A DNA stretch of 31,623 nt from a virus (Duplodnaviria > Caudoviricetes), in the IMG/VR virus record IMGVR_UViG_3300044645_002700, positions 1 through 31,623 of that record; one strand, given 5' to 3'. The notes under the pieces are model-generated. The model did no database searches. It was not told the DNA's origin and saw only the letters and a list, made by a program, of their open reading frames with translations. Positions 1 through 7,762 of the stretch are shown here, piece by piece (the stretch's first letter is position 1; every line of letters begins with the position of its first letter). The translations under genes were made by a program, and so were the position numbers.

Positions 1-910
1 ATCCATAGAAAACTGAGTTTTTAACTACGAAGTTTGTTCCTCTTCTGAATCTCATTGCCAAGTTGTGGTTTGTTAGAGACTGAGGTGAAACAGGACCTAC
101 GAGTGTGAAGTTAAGAAGGGTTGGTTTGGTTGTTGGGGTAAGTGTTGAACCAGCTCCGTCGTTATCACATTCAATACCGTTACCAGCATCCGCTCCGTCA
201 ACAAACAAAGGGTCTCTCTTTGAGATAGCATATTGTATTGTTCCTCTGTATCCGAAGTCAAAGTCATAATCATCGTCACCAGTTGCAACCGCCACCAAGT
301 ACTTAGGTGAAACAGTTCCACCAAAGAACTCAAACGCATCGTCAAACGAGTAATAACACTCAACGTATTCAACTACGGTTCCACTACCGACACCAGCTAA
401 AGTAAGAGCATTTACCTCTGAGTTAGCGAACGCCGCAATTCCAGCATATTCAATTCTCACATACTTGAGAACACCTGAGTTATCAGCATCGTCTTCTCCA
501 CCATAATTTTTTCCAACACCACCTTCGATGATTGGTTCAATTTGGTTGGTCTTTGCTTTACCCAAGATTACAATACCACCCCAGTCACCTGATTGTGGGA
601 ATGCGTTTCCTGAAGTGAATACGATTGGTTCATCCGAAGTTCCTTCAGCCATAATCTTTCCACCACGTTCGATGATAAGAGCGCCTTTCTCAGCGATGTC
701 ACTGTGAATGGTGGTTCCCTCTTCAATGGTAAGGGTAACTCCTTCAGGAACGTATACATACCCTTTTAGAGTCCATAGTTTATCTTTTGTGAGGGTTTTA
801 TCCTCAGTCAAAGTACCCTGAAGAACAAGTTCGCTCGGGTCAATGATTTCATCCTCACATGAAGTAAAAATTAAAAGTGAAGATAATAGAAAAGCTGTTA
901 ACTTTTTCAT
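1..910 (-). CDS. Bacteroidota-type surface lipoprotein (ElpS-like, probable beta-helix), partner of the TonB-dependent receptor; runs off the window's left edge
   Basis: Not in the ORF track because it has no stop in the window. Manual translation from ATG at 910 gives MKKLTAFLLSSLLIFTSC|EDEII (lipobox), then LKGYVYV, GALIIERGGKIMAEGT, GDWGGIVILG, DNSGVLKYVRIEYAG, DDAFEFFGG, DDDYDFDFGY, NGIECDND. The start overlaps the receptor stop (ATGA). Confidence 0.85.
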   Translation of the reverse strand, partial: MKKLTAFLLSSLLIFTSCEDEIIDPSELVLQGTLTEDKTLTKDKLWTLKGYVYVPEGVTLTIEEGTTIHSDIAEKGALIIERGGKIMAEGTSDEPIVFTSGNAFPQSGDWGGIVILGKAKTNQIEPIIEGGVGKNYGGEDDADNSGVLKYVRIEYAGIAAFANSEVNALTLAGVGSGTVVEYVECYYSFDDAFEFFGGTVSPKYLVAVATGDDDYDFDFGYRGTIQYAISKRDPLFVDGADAGNGIECDNDGAGSTLTPTTKPTLLNFTLVGPVSPQSLTNHNLAMRFRRGTNFVVKNSVFYG

Positions 911-3177
911 AGTTTGTAGTTTAGTGAAATTGAGATTGTTTTCTCGTTTATTGTGTTTATTAAATTCCTGTTCGGTACCTTCTGATATAGAATCGTTCCT
1001 TGAGATAACAAGTCAGTCAACCCGAGTTTGAACTCCGTCTTTTTGGTTTTATATTGGACTGTCGCATCTACGAGGTCCCTTCCGTTTTCATAAATGTCGG
1101 AGTATCCGTTGAATCCAACTGCTGATATTCTCTCCCCGATTCTATTATAGAATAACGAAACAGAAATGTTTTTCTTGGTGTAAAATACACCAGTGTTAAT
1201 AATATATGGAGATTGACCCTGAAGAGGTCTGCTAGTTCCATTAACAGTTACACTTGAGTTGATGTAACTAAGATTGGATGATAGGGTGAAGTTTTCTCCA
1301 AGTTTCTTTCTGAGTTCCATTTCTCCACCGAACAAAAATGCTTGATTGGGGTTAGAGTAAGTTAGTATCAAGTTGCTCGGTGATGAACCATTCGCAACCA
1401 CTTGTTCAATCGGGTTGGAAAAATGCTTGAAGAAAACTGATGTTGAGAAGTTTTCAGTTGGTGTAAAGAAACTTTCAAATCTTAAATCAACGTTTGTAAT
1501 CTTGGACTTATCAAGGTTGGGATTACCTATCACCTGTGCGTTTCTGACAAAATCATAGAAAGCAAAATTGCTCACTTCCCTGAATTCAGGGCGAGCAACT
1601 GTCTGACTCGTTGAGAATCTCAGATTGTTTGACTCAGTTAAGTTGTAATTCAAATTCAGGGATGGTAGGAAGTCAAAATAGTTTCTGAAAACTTGAACTT
1701 GTCTACCACTAAAGTCTGCGGTATTAACCAAGAAGTTTTGGTTCTCATTTCTTAGTCCACCTGAATAATTAAGTCTTCCAACTTTTCCGTTATACATTAC
1801 ATAACCCGCCAAGATATTTGAACCCCCATTGTAACTGTCAGTGTTGTTTGTTATTTCACTTAAAGTTATCTTGTCACTATACCTGAAGACCCTTGCATCA
1901 AACATTCTAAATTTGAGTTGTTCAGTTAGTCCCCAACTTAATTTTTTACCACTCACGTTGTAGTGAGTCCCTACTCCGTGTTCGTTCATCTTAGACCAAA
2001 ATCTATAAGTGTCCCTCCAAACAAAATTCATGGAGTCTTGTGAACCTAGTGAACGTGCCAACGGGGTGATACGATAATCAGGTTGGTTTCGATTCATCCA
2101 AAAGTAATTCACTCCGAATGTTTTGTTGGACCATGTCTTCTCATATTGAGAAGTGTAAATGAACTTTCGATATCCGATTGAGTTAGTGTAATCAAGTTCT
2201 TGAAGGTTGTCATAGTTCTCACCCGTTCTGTGAATGAATAGGTTCTCTCCTTGATAGTTGAATAGATTTTTTACCGTAAACTTTTTGGAACCTGAGAAAA
2301 ATGTTGTGTTGAACATCGCACTCAAGTTTTGGGTATTTGTGTTTACCCTATCATTATAATCATATGCCAGTTCCGTAAGTGACTGATAGTCCCTTCTGTT
2401 TGAATAGGTAATTGAATTTGAGTTTCTGTAGATTACGTTTGCAACAAATCCGAACCCACCTTCTTTGAGTCTGACTCTGTTGATGATTGAATAGTTGATG
2501 TTCAAGTTCAACGGGTTTGTTCTGTCTTGAACTTCAAAGGTTGTTGGAATCATTGAGGTAAAGTATCTTCTTTCTTCTAATGAACCCATTCTGAATTCCT
2601 TGGTGGATGGAAAAAGACTTGGTAGGTCAGTGAACCTTACATACTGACTTGGTTGAAAGGTAGATAATGTTCCGTATGAAGAACCAAGTGAGAATGACTG
2701 ACCGGCATCTACAAACTCACTCTTTGTGTTGATTTGAATCACTCCACCGGCAAAGTCGTTGGGTAGATTAGCACTGGCGGTTTTGTTAACCACCATTGTT
2801 TCAACCACGTTACTCGGAATTATATCAAATGAAAAAGCCCTTCTATCAGGTTCTGTTGATGAGAGAAGGGCTCCATTGAGAAGTACAGAATTATATCGGT
2901 CGTTCAGTCCACGGATGATAACAAACCGGTCTCCTTGGATTGTCAGACCCCCAACTCGTTTGAGGGTCTCACTTAAGTTCCTATCAGGACTCTTTTTTAT
3001 AATTTCTTGAGACATCCCGTCCACCATGGTGACACTGGTCTTTGCTTGAAGATTTAAGGAACCTTGGGATTCTCTTTTGAATGTTGTTTGGACGGTGACC
3101 TCTTCTAGTTGTCCTTCCAAACTTGTGGTATCAACCTGTTGTTGTAACCCAAGTGTAAGTAATATTGATAATAACAT
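907..3177 (-). CDS. TonB-dependent outer-membrane receptor (plug + beta-barrel)
   Basis: 756 aa. TonB-box-like LEEVTVQT, plug motifs IRGLNDRYN and EPDRRAFSFDIIPS, barrel motifs DFLPSLNLNY, SQTVARPEFRE, GNPNL, RPLQGQSPY, and C-terminal strand ISLNYKL. Confidence 0.92.
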   Translation of the reverse strand: MLLSILLTLGLQQQVDTTSLEGQLEEVTVQTTFKRESQGSLNLQAKTSVTMVDGMSQEIIKKSPDRNLSETLKRVGGLTIQGDRFVIIRGLNDRYNSVLLNGALLSSTEPDRRAFSFDIIPSNVVETMVVNKTASANLPNDFAGGVIQINTKSEFVDAGQSFSLGSSYGTLSTFQPSQYVRFTDLPSLFPSTKEFRMGSLEERRYFTSMIPTTFEVQDRTNPLNLNINYSIINRVRLKEGGFGFVANVIYRNSNSITYSNRRDYQSLTELAYDYNDRVNTNTQNLSAMFNTTFFSGSKKFTVKNLFNYQGENLFIHRTGENYDNLQELDYTNSIGYRKFIYTSQYEKTWSNKTFGVNYFWMNRNQPDYRITPLARSLGSQDSMNFVWRDTYRFWSKMNEHGVGTHYNVSGKKLSWGLTEQLKFRMFDARVFRYSDKITLSEITNNTDSYNGGSNILAGYVMYNGKVGRLNYSGGLRNENQNFLVNTADFSGRQVQVFRNYFDFLPSLNLNYNLTESNNLRFSTSQTVARPEFREVSNFAFYDFVRNAQVIGNPNLDKSKITNVDLRFESFFTPTENFSTSVFFKHFSNPIEQVVANGSSPSNLILTYSNPNQAFLFGGEMELRKKLGENFTLSSNLSYINSSVTVNGTSRPLQGQSPYIINTGVFYTKKNISVSLFYNRIGERISAVGFNGYSDIYENGRDLVDATVQYKTKKTEFKLGLTDLLSQGTILYQKVPNRNLINTINEKTISISLNYKL

Positions 3178-3216
3178 TGTTTCTAAGTTTCAGTCATAAC
3201 TATTGTATGTTCAAGT

Positions 3217-3267
3217 AAAATCAAAATGAAAACATAATCATAACCGTTTGATAACAATTCAATAACA
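3217..3267 (-). promoter_or_regulatory. Pho-box-like array of 7-bp direct repeats at 11-bp period upstream of the TonB receptor
   Basis: Minus strand: TGTTATT-gaat-TGTTATC-aaac-GGTTATG-atta-TGTTTTC-attt-TGATTTT. Plus-strand unit starts are 3261, 3250, 3239, 3228, 3217. This is the geometry of OmpR/PhoB-family operators. Confidence 0.6.
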
Positions 3268-3292
3268 AAAAACCCCTCCGAGGAGGGGTTTT
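3267..3292. terminator. Intrinsic terminator after the AsnRS-like gene
   Basis: AAAAAACCCCTCC-GA-GGAGGGGTTTT, a GC inverted repeat with A/T tails on both sides. Confidence 0.8.
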
Positions 3293-3311
3293 GGAAAGAT
3301 TTACGTAAAGT

Positions 3312-4142
3312 TTATGCGTAAGCAAATTCTCTTTGTTGTAGGAGTTCGTAAGCTCTTGCCATACGAGTCAATCCGATACCTCCTCCGAATCTTGGGAAGA
3401 ATTCCAAGGAAAGAAAATCTTCCAATTCTTTTTCAACTCTTTCTTTACCGAATAGTTCAAATAGCTTTTCGCTATAACCTCCATTCTCAATTGCGTAAAA
3501 CATAGTTCTCATATCAGAAACACTACATGACCTTTCTGCAGAACCTATAGTTTCTTGTCCATAAAGGATTACATCAACTTTGTTGAAGATGTCTTTGTCT
3601 TCGTGTTTCATATTCCAAAATGGGTGAGTTCTTAAAGGGAAGTGTTGAAGGGAAATGACTGAACCTTTTTCTTCCCACATTCTCTGTTCGTGTTCATTTT
3701 CCAATATTTTTACTCCACCATATTCCTCACACATTTCATCGTAAGTAACCTCAACTGGTTGGTCAAAACCTAAATAGTGTAATAGTTCCGACTCCAATTG
3801 AATAAGTTCTTTCATTCCTCCTTTTGATTCAAATTCAAACATGGGGAAAATTAGTTCGTGTCTACCAGGAATTGGATTCTTTTCTTCTCTATAAGATGTT
3901 GAGATACAAAACACTCCGTCCCAATCAGGGTTTTGAAGAAGTTCATACTCCAACCACATTTGTCCTGTTTGTGGAAGAGGCCAAATCTCTCCACCGTATT
4001 CAAAAGTTTTTACTGAATGGGGATTCTCACACGCAGCCAAGATGGATAATCTTGATTGAGTTGGGACTTCAACGAAGTTTTTGTTTATGAAGAATTGTCT
4101 CATTTTTTGTACCAATTCGTGGTAAGTTTTTGTGTTTTTCAT
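3312..4142 (-). CDS. Class IIb aaRS catalytic-domain-only protein (AsnRS/AspRS-like, no anticodon-binding domain); possible archaeal-type asparagine synthetase
   Basis: 276 aa. Motif 1 region FVEVPT, LPQTGQMWLE, motif 2 STSYREE..GRHELIFPMFEFE, ETIGSAER, motif 3 GGGIGLTRM. No N-terminal OB-fold. Confidence 0.75.
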   Translation of the reverse strand: MKNTKTYHELVQKMRQFFINKNFVEVPTQSRLSILAACENPHSVKTFEYGGEIWPLPQTGQMWLEYELLQNPDWDGVFCISTSYREEKNPIPGRHELIFPMFEFESKGGMKELIQLESELLHYLGFDQPVEVTYDEMCEEYGGVKILENEHEQRMWEEKGSVISLQHFPLRTHPFWNMKHEDKDIFNKVDVILYGQETIGSAERSCSVSDMRTMFYAIENGGYSEKLFELFGKERVEKELEDFLSLEFFPRFGGGIGLTRMARAYELLQQREFAYA

Positions 4143-4166
4143 TTTTTTCTTTGTTCATTTATGGGC

Positions 4167-4194
4167 AAAAAAAAATCCGTCTTAAAGACGGATT
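4167..4194 (-). terminator. Intrinsic terminator in the leader of the AsnRS-like gene (attenuator candidate)
   Basis: Minus strand AATCCGTCT-TTA-AGACGGATT-TTTTTTT, ending about 25 nt before the ATG at 4142. Confidence 0.75.
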
Positions 4195-4247
4195 CAATGC
4201 CACGGTTGTGGTTTATTTTTTAATTTATGTAGGTTTCGTTTATACAT
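4194..4247 (-). CDS. Putative 17-aa leader peptide MYKRNLHKLKNKPQPWH
   Basis: ATG at 4247, TGA at 4196-4194 abutting the terminator 5' arm. TATTTAT motif 8 nt upstream (4256-4262). Confidence 0.5.
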   Translation of the reverse strand: MYKRNLHKLKNKPQPWH

Positions 4248-4358
4248 AATTGAAAATAAATATACCTAACATCTGAAAAGTGTAAACTGTAACATTATTT
4301 TTTTTGATTCACAAAAAAACCAAGTCCCATTGAAAATCTTATTGGTTCAACATCACAT

Positions 4359-4583
4359 CTAAACCAATCTTTGGAGTAGTTTTCTGATATAGTTAACAAT
4401 TACTATTCCGAAAAAAATGTTGGACCCTACAAGTAAACTAACCCCCAATCCAAACTTGATTGTGTGATGAGGATTCATCATACCAAAGCAGAATCTATCC
4501 ACTTTGAATGATAAAAACATAAGAAAGAACACAACAATTAGTTGAAAAGCAAAATCCAAAAAGGGATATTTTTTTATATTCAT
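4359..4583 (-). CDS. Small membrane protein (two predicted TM helices)
   Basis: Start moved to MNIKKYP (4583), just after the GS stop. Two hydrophobic stretches. Confidence 0.65.
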   Translation of the reverse strand: MNIKKYPFLDFAFQLIVVFFLMFLSFKVDRFCFGMMNPHHTIKFGLGVSLLVGSNIFFGIVIVNYIRKLLQRLV

Positions 4584-4584
4584 T

Positions 4585-5643
4585 TTAGTTCTCTTGGAAT
4601 AGAATATCAACAATCTCATCAACATCGGTGGTGAATTCCATGGACTCTGAAATCACTTTAACAATCTTATAGGGGTCACCGTTTGATGCGGGACGACGGT
4701 CTTCAACATATCCTTTCCAACTCTCAGCGGTTGCCAAAGGAACACGGATTGATGAACCACGGTCAGATACACCCCACGAAAATTTATCAATTGATTGTGT
4801 CTCATGTCGGCCAGTCAAACGAAGATTATTATCCGAACCATAGTTTTCAATATGGAGTTGGTGACGCTCTCTAAGTCTTTCAAACAAAATCATAAAGTAA
4901 TCTGAACCACCAACATCTCTCATCATACCATTGGAGAAGTTACAGTGAAGTCCTGAACCATTCCAATCTCCTGTAACAGGTTTGGGGTGGAACTCGATGG
5001 TAAATCCTTGTTCTTCACTTAGTTGTTGAAGGATATAACGAGACATCCACAAATCATCACCAGCTTTTAGTTTACCTTTACTGAAGACTTGGTATTCCCA
5101 CTGACCCAAAAGAACCTCAGCGTTTGTTCCAGTGATGTCAATCCCCGCCATAAGACACATCTCCATGTGGTTGTCAACAAACTCACGTCCGTCAACCTTA
5201 CCATTACCCACACCACAATAGTATTCACCCTGTGGTGCCGGATATCCATCTTTAGGGAATCCCAATGGACGACCATCTTTCATGATGGTGTACTCTTGTT
5301 CAAAACCAAACCAAATATCTGAATCTTCTTCACCAGCCAAACAACGAGTATTTGATGGATGTGGTGTCCCATCAGGGGTCATAACCTCACACAAGACATA
5401 GAAACTTTCATAGTATCCCTTATTGAGGTAGTTTTTGTAAACCCGAACAGGTTTTAGGATACAATCAGAATAATGTCCCTCAGCTTGTTTTGTTGATGAA
5501 CCATCGAAGGACCATTCAGGACAGTAATTGATATCGAACATGTCTAAATCGTCAAGTTCAATAACCTTCACTTTACTGCGAAGATTGGGCTCAGGAGTGT
5601 ATCCATCAAGCCATACGTATTCAAGTTTGATTTTTGTTTTCAT
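4585..5643 (-). CDS. glnII: Glutamine synthetase, type II
   Basis: 352 aa. EYVWLDG, LRSK, WSFDGSST, WFGFEQEY, PQGEYYCGVG, NAEVLLGQWEYQ, HPKPVTGDWNGSGLHCNFS, RLTGRHET, RGSSIRVP, EDRRPASNGDPY. Confidence 0.95.
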   Translation of the reverse strand: MKTKIKLEYVWLDGYTPEPNLRSKVKVIELDDLDMFDINYCPEWSFDGSSTKQAEGHYSDCILKPVRVYKNYLNKGYYESFYVLCEVMTPDGTPHPSNTRCLAGEEDSDIWFGFEQEYTIMKDGRPLGFPKDGYPAPQGEYYCGVGNGKVDGREFVDNHMEMCLMAGIDITGTNAEVLLGQWEYQVFSKGKLKAGDDLWMSRYILQQLSEEQGFTIEFHPKPVTGDWNGSGLHCNFSNGMMRDVGGSDYFMILFERLRERHQLHIENYGSDNNLRLTGRHETQSIDKFSWGVSDRGSSIRVPLATAESWKGYVEDRRPASNGDPYKIVKVISESMEFTTDVDEIVDILFQEN

Positions 5644-5742
5644 AGTTTTTTTTTTACACCACCATATTTTTGTGGGGGTTCGTCAATAAATATATATGTT
5701 TTTTAAGAACGGACAACCTTTTTTAGGGGGGTGTATCAAAAA

Positions 5743-6267
5743 TTATTCAGCAGATTGGGTTTCCATTTCCTCAACGACTTCCATCATTTGAATGTCAATG
5801 TTGAGTTTAACTTCCTCACTCACCAATACTCCACCTGTTTCAAGTGGTGCATTCCAAGTAAGTCCGAAATCATTACGGTTGATAACTGCGGTGATTTCCC
5901 AACCGTGCTTGGTATTTCCCCATGGGTCAACACTTTGTCCGTTGTATTCAACATCCAAATCAACCTTTTGAGTGACACCTTTGATGGTGATTTTACCTAC
6001 GATAGCTCCGAAACTCTCATGCATCTCACCCTTGAAATCAATTGTTGGGAATTCATCTGTATTAAAGAAGTCTGCTGACTTGAGGTGATTGTCACGGTCA
6101 GCATTACCAGTAGTAACTGAATTAGTGTTGATAGACAACGAAACACTTCCGTCTTCGTTTGCTCCACCGCTGAAGGTACCGAAGTTTCCTTTAACAGTCG
6201 AAATCATAAGGTGTTTAACCTTGAATCCAATCTCAGAGTGAGCTTGGTCAATAATCATTTTTTTCAT
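5743..6267 (-). CDS. YceI family lipid/polyisoprenoid-binding protein
   Basis: IDQAHSEIGFKVKHLMISTVKGNF, RDNHLKSADFF, DPWGN, INRNDFGLTWNAPLETGGVLV. Confidence 0.93.
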   Translation of the reverse strand: MKKMIIDQAHSEIGFKVKHLMISTVKGNFGTFSGGANEDGSVSLSINTNSVTTGNADRDNHLKSADFFNTDEFPTIDFKGEMHESFGAIVGKITIKGVTQKVDLDVEYNGQSVDPWGNTKHGWEITAVINRNDFGLTWNAPLETGGVLVSEEVKLNIDIQMMEVVEEMETQSAE

Positions 6268-6313
6268 AGTAAAATATTTTGTGTTGAAACAATAATCAAA
6301 AAAAATGATAATG

Positions 6314-6745
6314 TCAAATTACCTCAATTGAATTAATTTTATCGCCTGCAGAGATTTGGTCAATAACGTCCAATCCTTCTACCACTCGACCAAAACAAGT
6401 ATGGTTACCATCCAAGTGTTGTGTATTTTGGCGATTATGACAAATGAAGAACTGTGAACCACCAGTGTCACGTCCGGCATGTGCCATAGACAACACACCT
6501 TTGTCGTGGTATTGTTGGGGAGCCTTAACCTCACATGGGATGGTGTAACCAGGTCCACCCGCACCAGTTCCATTTGGACATCCTCCTTGGATTACGAAAC
6601 TTGGAATTACTCTGTGAAAATTCAATCCATTGTAAAATCCTTTGTTAATCAAATCAAGGAAGTTTTTTACCGTGATTGGGGTTGCTTCATCATACAATTC
6701 AGCAATCATGTCACCCTTAGGTGTAGAAATTTTAACTTTACTCAT
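6314..6745 (-). CDS. Cyclophilin-type peptidyl-prolyl cis-trans isomerase
   Basis: FYNGLNFHRVIPSFVIQGGCP, LSMAHAGRDTGGSQFFI, HLDGNHTCFGRV. Confidence 0.95.
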   Translation of the reverse strand: MSKVKISTPKGDMIAELYDEATPITVKNFLDLINKGFYNGLNFHRVIPSFVIQGGCPNGTGAGGPGYTIPCEVKAPQQYHDKGVLSMAHAGRDTGGSQFFICHNRQNTQHLDGNHTCFGRVVEGLDVIDQISAGDKINSIEVI

Positions 6746-6784
6746 ATTGTTTTTTTTTGAAAGTATAATAAAAAAATTTGAAAT

Positions 6785-6810
6785 AAAAAACCCCCATCCG
6801 AAGATGGGGG
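6785..6810 (-). terminator. Intrinsic terminator closing the DIP1984-like gene/RNA unit
   Basis: Minus strand CCCCCATC-TTCG-GATGGGGG-TTTTTT (UUCG tetraloop). Confidence 0.88.
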
Positions 6811-6812
6811 CA

Positions 6813-6997
6813 GTTGGGCTATAAGGTCAGAGATTTATTTTGAAAGAGTTTTGAGATTATTGATACTCCCTTGACGACTGTTGAACTATGTTGACCGATG
6901 ACTTTTGAAATACACATCAAAATCAAACATCACTACTTAGTATATATTGTAGAATGAACCATAGGTTCGTAAATCCCCAAACCAAATAGACTCCAAC
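6813..6997 (-). ncRNA. Candidate ~185-nt structured RNA (3' UTR element or ncRNA) with a long closing stem and periodic UCAA repeats
   Basis: The 5' end GUUGG(agu)CUAU..GGUUUGGGGAUUUA can pair with the 3' end UAAAUCUCUGACC..AUAG(c)CCAAC. The interior has seven UCAA motifs (plus-strand TTGA at 6840, 6851, 6860, 6871, 6881, 6891, 6905) and small hairpins. No ORF-track ORF spans it. Confidence 0.6.
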
Positions 6998-7435
6998 TTA
7001 GATGTGAGTTGTTGCGTTGTGAACGTCCAACTCTTCTTGGATTTTTTCAATTTCACTTTCGTAGTAAGTGATTAGATTATCCATTTCGATTTGTCCAAAA
7101 ATGGTGGTTTTCACAATAGTTGCAGATTCACCATATCTACGAGATTCGTTGGTCTTACCCTCGGTGCAGTCGATGACTCGTAGGTACTTTACCAATCCTT
7201 TATACTCCGACAAACGGAAAATCTTATCATACACCTTTGCGTTTGCTTGGTGAATCTGAGTTTTAAGATAAACCAATTGAGAAACAGTTTGGGTAAGAGT
7301 ATCCATGTCTTCTCGTGGCTCATAGGTTCTAACAGAACCTTCCTCCATCGAGTTGTACTTTTGAATACGAGTCACCAAAGATTGAATCTGTTTGGTAAGC
7401 TTGTTTTTTTCTTTGAGTGCTTGTTTAATTGTCAT
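6998..7435 (-). CDS. Coiled-coil protein resembling the DIP1984-like family
   Basis: 145 aa, alpha-helical. MTIKQALKEKNKL, YNSMEEG, LKTQIHQAN, IEKIQEELDVHNATTHI. Family recognised from memory of the pattern. Confidence 0.6.
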   Translation of the reverse strand: MTIKQALKEKNKLTKQIQSLVTRIQKYNSMEEGSVRTYEPREDMDTLTQTVSQLVYLKTQIHQANAKVYDKIFRLSEYKGLVKYLRVIDCTEGKTNESRRYGESATIVKTTIFGQIEMDNLITYYESEIEKIQEELDVHNATTHI

Positions 7436-7436
7436 G

Positions 7437-7721
7437 TTATTTTGCGATTAAATGAATTAAGTTTGAGACGAACAAACCAAGTCCGAAGACCATGATTTGA
7501 ATTGCAATTCCATACGAACCTGAAAGTCCAAAACGTTTGTCATGAAGTTGGACAAACATTTTTTCCACTTCAGAAATTTCTTCAGAGGTTTTTGCCAAGT
7601 GAATTTTTTGATTTAGTTGTTCGGACATTTTATCTTCTTTGCGAGAGAAATACCATTTGGCAACCCAAGCAATGATGAATACTGACCAACCGAGGATATT
7701 AATAATATCGAAACTTGTCAT
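7437..7721 (-). CDS. Small membrane protein (2 TM)
   Basis: Hydrophobic N- and C-terminal segments; abuts the next gene. Confidence 0.7.
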   Translation of the reverse strand: MTSFDIINILGWSVFIIAWVAKWYFSRKEDKMSEQLNQKIHLAKTSEEISEVEKMFVQLHDKRFGLSGSYGIAIQIMVFGLGLFVSNLIHLIAK

Positions 7722-7762
7722 AATAAGGGGTTTTTAGTTGATGAATGATATAGAAAATAAAA

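Noticed and set aside
97-1031. Short ORFs 97-372, 568-759, 843-1031
   Set aside because: Alternative frames overlapping the lipoprotein and receptor genes.
6840-6908. CRISPR array or coding tandem repeat
   Set aside because: The repeat unit is only 4 nt with 5-10 nt variable spacers, there are no cas genes, and no ORF spans it.
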